Shown here: positions 1 through 11,200 of the stretch, piece by piece
How the letters are laid out: every line of letters starts with the position of its first letter
How positions within the stretch are numbered: position 1 is the first letter of the stretch
NCBI GenBank assembly: GCA_951804945.1
Contig: OX638153.1
Span: forward strand, 29,574,001-29,638,000
Length of the DNA stretch: 64,000 bases
Direction of reading: 5' to 3'
From: Podarcis cretensis
Lineage: Eukaryota
Position numbers and translations under genes: made by a program
The notes under the pieces: generated by a model
The model's database searches: none
Told to the model about the DNA's origin: nothing
The model's input: only the letters and a program-made list of their open reading frames with translations

Positions 1-1504
1 AATTAAAATGCTAACAGGGACTGGCAAACACAAACAAAACGTCATACAGTTTAGTTTTCCAGTTATGTTTCTCCCCCACCCCTGATTGGCAAGCTGATAA
101 TTCTTCTACAGGAAGCAATTTAGATAAAAGGGACAAGGCAGTTAGTATTTTAACATCTAGTCATGACGTAAATCATATGAAAAATAAATATACGTTCACT
201 AGACCCATAAACATGATTTTTTTTGTATGTGGAAAACCTACTACTCCTCATTCTTATTTGCATAATATACAATTTTGTCATTTGCCCCTGATTTTTTAAC
301 TACACATTACATGGAAATGTGTGTTAGCAGTGACCCAACACCATTTTAGAAAGCAAAAATAGCTTTGGTAAGAGATTTCGAGTGATTAAGTGGGAAGGCA
401 GGTACTCTACCTTATTTTTACTCCAAAATGTCCCTTCTGGCAACATTTCCTCCATGAGGTTCAAAATATGTTTCACTTGGGGACAATTTGGTGTGGATAA
501 ACAGTGGGCATGAAAGGGGTTAACCACATTTAACAAACACAATCCCATTACCCCCTTTCCACATCTTAGTTATTCCCAAATTGTTACTCTGCACAGGTCC
601 AGAAACAATGTACTGCCAAATATAATTTTAATATTTAAAACAAAGGGTTATATCCAACTAAATCCTAGTGAGCTTAGACCCCTTGGAATTAATGAATCTA
701 AATGAGTCACATCTACAACTTCAATGGGTCCACTATGTGTAGGATTAACATTGGATAAAACCCAAAATGTGTAAAAAATTATTGAAATGCAAATAAATCA
801 ATACAATATTAAACACCCTGAGTTTGCATAGTCTCTTATGACTATTGCTTGTTAAAAAAATAAGTGCACAAGTTAACAGGGTTGCAACTTCATAAAGCCC
901 CATCTGTTTGCTTAATGCTTTTCTTTAGCTGTAGATCATTTGGAGAAAGAAAGCTGGACCATAATTTGTTTCAAAAAAGGGAAGTGAAGCATTTGATTTT
1001 GTAAGCCACCCTATTAAACCTACGTTGCCAAACAACTGCACTAAAGAACAGAGTAGCTATGATTTTCCTCCAGAATCAATGTTTGTATAAGCACTAGGGC
1101 AATATAGTTCAACTTGCTGCTGAAAAGGAAGTGTGCCACACAAATAAAAATAAAACAAAGTGTGCTGCATATATATAAATAGGGCAAAGTATTAGGCAGG
1201 AAATTGAGGATACTTGTGCCTTCTTCTATCGTAGCCAGTGCCAGCAAGTGACAAGGCTGTGCATTTGCTAGGGCCCAGATACTTGTAGAGCCTGAGCTTG
1301 AACTTCCACAGCAGGCTGACCAGTCTCACCTTTCACAAGATGGAAGGAAAGGGAGCATGTTTTGGTATTTTTGATTTGCACCCCACTCCTTTGTCAGGGT
1401 TAGGGTTAGGGGGTGCTTGGCCAACGGCTCTCAAAATCCTGAATCCACTGTTCTGTGTAACGTCACCTGTTTCATTTTGAGAGAGAAAAGGAAAAACCAC
1501 ATAC

Positions 1505-3819
1505 CAGCTTGAGGGTTTCCAGGATGCTTGTCAGGATGACATTCGAGGGCTCGAACCTTAAATTCTGAAAGAATTTGTTCAACCTAGACAAACAATTGAA
1601 GAATGGATGGAACTTGTTTTCTTACGAAAAATATGCCTATGGAAGCTTCATATATGACTTGTTTCTTACACAAGTATGTGTGTGGCACCATGTGTAAAAC
1701 TCATGGATTTGTATTATCCATTTCACTGAATGTAAGATTTACTAAACTGGCAATTGGTATTCACAGTGAAACAGCCACTTACACCATCTTTACCTGATAC
1801 AGGCAGCAACGCATATGGGAATATATTTATTTTCCCTTACAAATACCTGTGTCAAGCAACTCTTCTTTTGCTATAGGTTGGCACTAGAGCCTCAGTACCC
1901 AGCAAAATAGTCTATGCATGTGTTCATGCACCATTTATTCCACAGAAGATCCATGGAAGTCAAGGTCAGATTTCCTTGGAAATAGTCTCCACCAATGTTG
2001 GGATATACGGGAGCAGTCCACTATATGTGTAAATATGGTAAATTAATCCCAAAGTTGCTTGAGTGCAAAACATTTTCCATATATCTAGATTTCTTTAATT
2101 CTAAAACATACATAGGTTCTGTTGAAAATGGCAGACTCACACAATACCATGGCTGTCAGCAATCTACTGCTCATGGTTTGTAATGTGAAACATCTCTGTT
2201 TCCCTAACATAAATCACTTTTGTGCAGTGGATCAGCTTTCAAAGCCAGCAGACAGCTTTTTCATAAAATGTTATTTCTGTTTACTTCACTTAGGATGCTA
2301 CCCACTTGTTGTGGTTCAAAATGACTATCCCATTGACACAGCTTTTCATTACAAAAATCAACCACGCTGACTTTTCACGCAGGCAAAATCTAGTGCCCAT
2401 TGCTGGAAGTCATCTCAGCAAACCTTTAGCGGGTGGGCAGAAGGCAGATATGGATCTACTGGTAGATCTCTTGATGGTTTGCAGATCAGAAAGGATTTGC
2501 AACTCCCAACTTGTTTAACAATAGCAGCAAGAAAATTATCTCCCCTCTTCCTTCTTCAACTACTGAGGTGAAGAAAGTTTGTGGTAACAGAGTGGATTTT
2601 TGCCTGAAACAGTTCCATTCCTCTTTGGTACTCAAAGCAAATTTCTGGGCTCAGCATTCTTTTAAGGTAAAGGTACCCCTGCCCGTACGGGCCAGTCTTG
2701 ACAGACTCTGGGGTTGTGCGCCCATCTCACTCAAGAGGCCGGGGCCAGCGCTGTCCGGAGACACTTCCGGGTCATGTGGCCAGCGTGACATTGCTGCTCT
2801 GGCCAGAGCCAGAGCCAGAGCCAGAGCCGCACACGGAAACGCCGTTTACCTTCCCGCTGGTAAGCGGTCCCTATTTATCTACTTGCACCTGGAGGTGCTT
2901 TCGAACTGCTAGGTTGGCAGGCGCTGGGACCGAGCAGCGGGAGTGCACCCCGCCGCAGGGATTCGAACCGCCGACCTTTCGATTGGCAAGCCCTAGGCGC
3001 TGAGGCTTTAACCCACAGCGCCACCTGCGTCCCTCCAGCATTCTTTTAGTTAGTGCTTTTTTCACCTCACTTTGCTTGGTGGATCTCTAAGTTCTAGTAA
3101 AATGCAAGTGAAATCCACAAGCCCAAAATGTGCACACTCACGGTAAGTTTTTATTTACTGTGAGAAGGGATATTATCTTTTCAAAGTCAGCAAGGATTAT
3201 GTCAACATAGATCTTTTTAAACAGAACAACTGTAACTACATTCTGTGCCACTGTAACCTCAAACATAATCTACTGAGGCTTTGGATATTAACTGGGCTAT
3301 ATAAGTTAACACAGGACAACTAGAGAATGCAGAGAATTCCTTAGGTGTATACCAATTAAAAGGTTTTACTTTTGAACAAGTATGTTTAAGATTGTGCCAT
3401 GAATAGCTTTCTGGAAGCCTCCAATAATTACTTTCAGAACTGCTTCATATTTACATTACACAATTGTAATGAAAAAATTCAAACTATTCTATTGAAACAA
3501 AGCTGTGTGAACAGTTAATTGTGTTCAACAGCTTAATGTTGCATAGGTCAAAAAAACTGAACTGGGGGAGAAAAACAGATCAACTGCTAAAAATATGTAC
3601 AGAAAACATAGCGAAATTATGGAAGAATAGAAACAGCACATATACACCAAATCAAACCGATTGACAAAGAAATAACATTTTTTTTAAAAAATGTAATGAA
3701 CTAAGGAGGGAAATAGTAAAATCATAATTAACTAGTCTTACTGTAGACAATTCATCACAGCCTAGCAAGCTGTAAAAATCTTCCATGTCCTCCAGTCTGC
3801 AGTTCAAAATTGCATCCAT
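1505..3819 (-). CDS. DNAJC12: DnaJ homolog subfamily C member 12, 5' part (coding exons 3742-3819 and 1505-1583; the rest lies left of the window)
   Basis: Spliced translation MDAILNCRLEDMEDFYSLLGCDELST|VEQILSEFKVRALECHPDKHPGNPQA matches the DNAJC12 N-terminus with the J-domain HPD motif. GT-AG boundaries; coding exon lengths 78 and 79 nt; head-to-head with SIRT1 as in mammals. Confidence 0.95.
2665..3035 (+). mobile_element. Sauria SINE, full length
   Basis: Starts AGGTAAAGGTACCCC and ends TTTAACCCACAGCGCCACC..CGTCCC. Flanked by a 13-bp TSD CAGCATTCTTTTA (2652-2664 / 3036-3048). Homologous to copies at 25576 and 41045. Confidence 0.85.
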
Positions 3820-5329
3820 CTGCTTCAATCTGGCAAGCACTTTCCCACCTTCTGAAAACAGAGACACAAAAAGCTTAAAGGTATCTTTTAACCACTTCAA
3901 AGCTATTTAAAGTGATTAGAGAAAAACCGATAGGTGCAGTGATGCTGAAGCTTCTCTACAGATGGTTTTATACACGGAGATGTCACCCGAGACTCTGTAA
4001 GCACACCCTCGAATGAGCCTGCTCTTATTGGTGGAAGCAAATTCTGATCACAGTTTACAATTGCAAAGCTCTCTGGGATTTGTAGTTTACAGAGTGGGGG
4101 GGATTCTAGCATTTTTGGTTTGTAAAGAGCTTAGCTTTTTAATGGTTGTTTTGAAACAGTTAAAATTGCTTTTAGTTTAATATTTTGGCCACGGGTATGT
4201 GCTTAATTTGGGGGCTGTTGTTTTATATTGTTTTGCTGCTGATTTGTTAGCCACCTTGAGTTTCTTTGGAAAACTAGGCATGATAGGAATTTTAAAAATA
4301 AATAAAGAAGGAAATTTCAGAGCATTTTTTTTTTTTTGCCACAGTCTTAGTTTTGGAAATTAACAGCTTTGATATAAACTGTAATTCCTGATTCAATTTG
4401 ATTTGATAAGGCATTGTTGCGATTCGTTCACATTTATTTGTTTCAATAATTAATATAACAGTTATTTAATGGAGCTACAAAGTATGTTCCTTCTCACTTG
4501 TGAGAATAAGAAAATCAAATCCAGACAATTTAGAACTATATATTTAAAAAGCATTTATAAAGGGCACATAATGCAATTTAAAAGGTGATGCAACAAATAA
4601 CGAGGAATAAGTAGCAACATCTAAATGGATTCTTGCCATTAGTTTGCCTATGTAGTTGCAAAACACTGTGTACAAGTCTGTTTGCCCAATCTTTCTACAA
4701 CTGAGAGTACTAGCATGACGTGCAGGATGATGAAATGTAATATTTGAAGTTCTGACAGATGTGGGTATTATGTTTTCCCCAGCTTCATTAATTTTTTTTA
4801 AAAAACCTCCTGTGCTTAAAGTTCTGGTTTACAGAGTAACATCCACAAATACAGTAATAAGGAACAGACCAACCTAACTTTAGTCTAGTTTGCAGTGGGC
4901 AAGGTAACATCCCTGAATGGTCTGGATTTCTGTATTGATTTGAAAGAAGAATTAGAAGATGGAGTTCATTCTTGCTGAAAGCCATACACTGCAATTAATA
5001 GTTGTCATTAATATCTATCACCAGTCATAACATAATAGGACCAGTTCAGCCAGCTTGTGGGAAAATGCTTCATTGATTTAGTTCATCATGTACCAAAATA
5101 ACTGTCCCACAGTTAATCACAAGGCCTTGGGCAAATATTTGTGCACTGAACCCTATATACAGAAAAACAGTATACAGGTGTCTCATACTGGTCACCAGCT
5201 ATATTGTGGATCATCAAAGAAGCAGAACAGGATGGAGTCCCTACCATTCAAAAGCACCACATTTACAACAGAGGAAACCCTTCAAATTCTTGAAGAGGAC
5301 GAAGTTGCAGTTCTTCCCACAGGGCATAA

Positions 5330-5570
5330 CCAACCTATGCAATTTGCTACCACAAGGTATTGCTACCAGTTTGGATGGCATTAAAACTAGATTAGACAAA
5401 TTGATGGAAGATATAGCTACTCATCATGATGGCTGTGTGCTGCCTCCAGTATCAGGGAAATAATGTCTATGAATACCAGGAAGAGCTTTTGTGCTCATGT
5501 CCTGCTGGAGAGGGGGTTGTGCTCCATAGGGATCTGTTTGGTCTCTGTGGGAACAGAATACTGCTTCCCA
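5330..5570 (+). mobile_element. CR1-type LINE 3' fragment
   Basis: Translates to NLLPQGIATSLDGIKTRLDKLMED, resembling the CR1 ORF2 C-terminus (NSLP..LDGFKRGLDKFM), followed by 3'UTR-like sequence. Confidence 0.6.
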
Positions 5571-7429
5571 CTTCTTTTCCAGAGGGCTAGATGGCACTAA
5601 GGTTTCTCTCCAGCCTTTTCATTCCATGGCCCCCAAAGAGTCCCATTGAAACAGTTATTAATTCTCTGTTTTCAAAAATATGTTAATGAATACTATTTAT
5701 TGAGGATCTTAGCTGCCTTGCGCAGTGCGATCCTTCACATATTTACTAGGAGTAAGGTGCACGTCCCCCAGTAAGAATACCATCTGAACCATACATGTTT
5801 ATTTCAAAGTCTCATTGCATTCAGTGGAGCTCACTCTTACGCAAGTACCGGTATGTTCAGGATTGCAACATTAGTCACTGAACCATTGTAACACTTGCAC
5901 ATTTCAGTCATAAGAAAAAGAAACATAGTTTTGCTCTTTATAAAAAGTACATGCAATATTGAAACAATTGGTATTCCTGTGAAAAGAATCGCAGCATAAT
6001 TGTTTACATTGTGCCTAGAAATGATTTAGATTATTTGAATGTTAGCCTTCAAGATTGGAAACAAAGAAGACAAAAAAAAAACCCCAAACCAACACCTTTG
6101 TCTGAATCCAATTCCAAACTAACCAAGAAGAAAAGGGAGGGGAGAGAATGAGATATCTAAGCATGGGGATGGGTGAATAGGAAGAAATTGAGAAGCAAGT
6201 TACAGAGCAATATTAACTATAGAAAGTAATGCAAGTTACACCAATTTAGGTTACTAGTGGCAAATTCTGTTCAGGGTGAATTCAGAGAAATTTGCCTTAT
6301 GACACCCTTTGTGACAGGTTTTTATCCTGTCATTTTCCTGCCATACTCCCAGAACATCCCTTTTGGGGAACTTGCACTCTACATTGGCTGTGCTGGGTGA
6401 AGTACTTGCGCCAGCATATAACCAGCTCAGCCATGGCTGAGCCAAGAGACCCCCAGGCCCACCAAATCCAAACTCTCTTACCCTGACGGATCTTGGGTTA
6501 GAATTATGCTGGAATTCTGCTTATTCAGGAAAGAACGAAAATACAACATCTGCATTGAAGAATATTTTGAGAGATGTCTGTGTAATATATTAAGGTGACA
6601 GATATCTATTTACTGAGGTCCTGCTAGAAGTGAAAAAGATAGGTTATTTATATACCAAATTCAGGAACAAATCAAGTGAAAAACAGCTGGCACAGAAATA
6701 CCCTAAGGCAATTTTAGTTGGTGTTTGAGTCCTTTGGAAAGCACCCAGTGTGACTACAGCTATACCATAATCTTTATGAAACCATTTTTAAAAAACAAAC
6801 CTGAAAAACAGGTAAATGATGCACTGAAATGAATTGCTATGTCCACAAGTATGGAAAATGTGTTTACAATACCAGTAAATACGTCAGGCTCTTAACCTGA
6901 ATTAACTTGTGGATGTTTTCAACTTGAGGGTGCTTTCCTTTGTCTCCTTTACAAACAAATTTAACCCGAAAATTATGTTTAAGAGTGCAAAAAAAAGAGG
7001 TTAACTTCTACTGCTCTCTGTCTTGATTACAGATTTATATTTATAGAGATGGCAAAACAGGAGCTATGAACCTTACTTAAAAAGCAAAAGGAAACCCAGA
7101 ACAGCATGAAAAATCACTTGCATTCCTAAACACGTTCCTTCTGAAGCCTGCCCCAATTTATTTGGCGTCGTGTATATCTGTAGATGACTCGCACAGGATG
7201 CTGAATTAGTTACCTACCTATTTTTATCTGCTTTTATGTATAGCGTTGTGGCGCTTAAACTTTGCAGCTTTGCTTTACATTTGCATGAAATGTAAAGCTT
7301 TAAAGTATTTAAAACAGGTAAGCATTTCAGTGGGAGTGTTTCCAATCTACAAGCTGATGCTTATTTTAATGAGTGTATTATTAAATTCCACCTTTAACTG
7401 CTTTAATGTGTGTAGTATCTCATCCTGGC

Positions 7430-8224
7430 GGCCTTCTGCTGCCTCTTAAGGCTCCTCCCCTCACGACCCCTTTTCAGAGCTTGCTGCGGCTCCCGGCCCC
7501 CTAGCGCCCTTTCCCTTCTTTACAGTCTTTGCCCAGGCAGAGCAGAACCCGGGAGCTGCTCGCCCATCCCGCCTTCGCTGCTCCTTCAACGAGTTGCTGC
7601 GTCAGCGCCTTTCCTCTTTCCTCCCTCAGTTCTTTTGTTTATTCTCCTTTAGCTTTTATTCCTTTTTTTGGGGGGGGGAGAGGGAACACACCAAACACTA
7701 CAAAAGCATATAACGATCTTCTTCCTATCCATATTCACTCAGAAATAAATCCCACTGAATTCAAAGGGATTCCTTCCCCCCCACCCCGCACTCCATAAGT
7801 TACGTTAGAATATTGTACAATGGAATTCGTTACGGTATTTTTAGCTTCAAGTTTTATTATAAAAGAGTCGACAAAATATAGGTAATTTTTTAAAAAAAAT
7901 ATATAAAGGTGGGCACGTCAGAAAAATTGTGGGGGGGGCGTCACGTGACTGCGGACTCCGCAACTTAGCCGCCTCGTCATTTCACCCCCGCCCGTGCGCG
8001 CTCGGCGTCACGTGATCCAGTTTGTTGTTGTTGCGGCCCTACGCTGGGCGGCTGCCCGCGTGGGCGTCGACGGGGTCACGTGACGTGTTTAAATCTGTGT
8101 GTGTGTGAGAGTGAGAGAGGTGCGGGAGGGGGGGGCTGTCTTTTCCGTCTACGGGGAAAGGTGGGGGGTGAGAGCGAGCGGGCGGAGAGAGAGAGAGGGA
8201 GGGAGTAGTTGCTCCTTCTCCAAG
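7430..8224 (+). promoter_or_regulatory. SIRT1 CpG-island promoter and 5'UTR (possibly bidirectional with DNAJC12)
   Basis: CpG-rich. GTCACGTGAY at 7940-7949, 8007-8016 and 8075-8084; TATA-like TTTAAA at 8088-8093; YY1-like CAAGATGGCGG over the start codon. Confidence 0.8.
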
Positions 8225-11200
8225 ATGGCGGACGGGGAGACGCCGCTCCTCCAGTGCCGGAGCGGCGGCCGCGGCAGCAACGGCGGTGGCAGCGGCGTTG
8301 TGCCAGGCGCCTCCGAGAGCCCGGAGCCAGCTGTGAAGCGTCAACGCCGGGGCTCCACTGACAGCGCCGGCCGGGCCTGTTCGGCCGCGAAGGAAGCCGG
8401 CGGAGAGGCGGAGGCGCCTCTTTACATAGGAAGCGCCGCCGCCGAGGAGGCCCTGGCGGAGGAGGAAGAGGTCGCTGCTGCTGCTGCTGCTTCCTCTGGC
8501 GACAGCGAGCTGGGAGAGGCCTCGGCAGCGGTGGGAGAAAGAGGAGGAGAGGAAGGCTGGAGCTGCGCTGGGCTGAGGCGGTGGGGCCTGGCCCGAGAAG
8601 AGCCGCCGCCGCCGCCGCCGCCGCCACTACTGCCGCAGTTGTCGCCGCCGCCGCCGCCGCCGCTGCCGAGGTGGTGGCCGAGCCAAGGGGAGGGAGCAGA
8701 GGCGGCGCCCGCCGGAGACGCAGCGGAGGCGGCCATTGGCTGCGGGGCGGCGCAGTGTTCGAACGGCGCTGCGGAGGCGGCCGCGCGCCCAGGTGAGGAG
8801 CCGCTCCAGAGGCGGAGGGGGCGGCAGGTGGGCGCAGGGCAGCGATCGGGTCACGGAGGAGGAGCAGCATCAGCACCGCTCGGCCTGCTCTTTAGCGGCA
8901 CGGGAGGGAGGGAGGGAGTCGCAGGGAGAGACCCGAGACCACCGGCATCCTCTTCTAACCCCAGCTCAATGGGATTCGCGTTGTCGGGGCTGGGGGAAGT
9001 CAAGGCACTGCTTAGTCCTTCTCCCTCCCGCGATCTTCAAGAGCCGAAGGCCTTGGGAAATCCTCCTAAACACAGTCTTAATGTTTGCAGTAATCTGTGG
9101 CTCCTCCCATCCACTTGTCACCGCGGGAGCGGGTGGGGTGGGGGAAGAGAGCTGGGAGAAGGCGACTAAACGTGCAGCCTGGTCCTATACAAGTTTGCTC
9201 TAACTGCATATAACTTGCAGCCTTGAACAGCAGCCTGTGCCTGGGAGGATAAAATTGGCGGAAGCCAGTTTCGCTTGGGCTGACGGTTTGCTTAGTAGCA
9301 AAAAGCTAGTAATCCCATGCAGAATACAGGGATCTTGGGGAAGCTAGGTTTTTCTGACTTCTATGGCAAGTGCATCATGTGGAGGCGGAGCACCCTCTTC
9401 TATGCAACTCTTGAAGATACAGAAGTTAAAGCAAATCTTACACATACATTATTTCGATGGTACCTAAAGCTTACATAAATGAGTATGAATGATGTAAACA
9501 TGATTAAATCCCAGTTTAAAAGGAATCTTGTTACTTCTTGTAGGTGAAGTACAGCATAACTTGTTCTAAATGTGATGGCACTACTTTTATCTGATAATGG
9601 TTTTTCTCTGTTTAATGTCTTTCAGACAATATGTTTTTTAATGATGAAATAATTGCAAACGGCTTCCATTCCTGTGAGAGTGATGAAGATGATAGAGCCT
9701 CTCATGCAAGCTCCAGTGATTGGACTCCAAGGCCACGTATAGGTAGATATTTACAATTCAATATAGGGGTTCCAGTTAAATATCTTGTAAGATTACATCT
9801 TCATTCTTGCTTTTATTTCCTTGGGCAAGTCATATCTTTATATTTGTGACACTGTTGTCTTTCCTTCATGTAAGTCTGAACTCTGAGTGGTTTGTTGAGG
9901 TGCCTATATATTTTGCTGCTTATCTTGGCATGAGTAGGGGTTGCACCTTGGAAGAATAGCTGAGTGGCAAATTCCCCTGCTTTTATCCTTCCGTATTACC
10001 ACCTCTACACTGCGCAGAACTATGGAGTGCTCTATCTCTTTCTTCAGCTCTAAATCCGGAATTGGCAATTGAGGGTAATCTGAGGTGCAAGCCTGAGCAG
10101 TGTGTATGGAGGTCCTGGCTGCCCAGACAACAAGACACTCTCTCTCACTTGCTCATGTGGTCCAAAGAAAAGGAAAGCAATACATTTGGCACCAGCTTGG
10201 TGGCAGGAGTTGCGGGAAGGAGGCATACAAGACACCATCCAAGTGCCTTAGGGACTCCACTCCTAATTTTTGCAGGGTTTACTCCCATGCCTTTTCTTCT
10301 CCCAAAGATGTCCTGCAAGGCAGCAGGTACAGATTGTTCCTCAGGGTTTACTCCCAAAGCCTTTTCACATTACATATAGTTCTGTGATTTTTCCCCACCG
10401 ATTTTTTTCTTTGTTTTATGCAGCAACTGAGGTTGCAATCTGAATTGGGGATTAATTCTACCCTACCACTTGAATTGCTTTCTTACTGAAAATAATCTCC
10501 TTAGCTGCTTTTACCCCACAAAGGAAAAAAGATATGGGAACCAATTATCCTATTCATGGGATTAATACAAAAATGCTGTGGTTATTTGTTGCTCACAGGA
10601 TGCCTCACCCATGATGCCAATGCATGCCCTTTTGTGTGCAGTACATTACACATTTTTCAGATTGGTATGCTACTTGCTCTGTTGAAAATGTGATAAACAA
10701 AAAATGTTGCAGAATTTTCTCCATCAGTTGAATATTCTGCATCAGCCAGATGACAATTGCTTTATTTTCTATTACAGGCCCATACACTTTTGTCCAACAA
10801 CATCTCATGCTAGGCACAGATCCACGTGCAATTCTGAAAGACTTGTTGCCAGAAACTATTCCGCCTCCTGAACTTGATGACATGACATTATGGCAAATTG
10901 TTATTAATATCCTGTCAGAACCACCTAAAAGAAAAAAGAGAAAAGATATCAATACAATAGAGGATGCTGTGAAACTACTACAAGAGTGCAAAAAAATAAT
11001 TGTCTTAACAGGAGCTGGGGTATGTATCTAATGTTGAATAGAATAAGTAGAACATTATTTGAGATTTTAATTATTCTGATGCAAGTATGTGGATCATGTG
11101 AATGGATTGCTCTCTGCTGTGCTACAGTAATGCTAGAGTCGCTCCTGGGCAGATGTTTTTTTATATCCAACACAAGCAAGGGATGGTTGTCCATATCACA

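Noticed and set aside
2511-3065. ORFs with ARARAR/PEPEPE repeats
   Set aside because: They arise from a (GCCAGA)n expansion inside a Sauria SINE.
8076-9203. Long GC-rich ORFs overlapping SIRT1 exon 1 on both strands, including the 356-aa ORF
   Set aside because: These reflect stop-codon depletion in a CpG island. Only 8225-8792 fits SIRT1; the rest is 5'UTR, intron read-through or antisense shadow.
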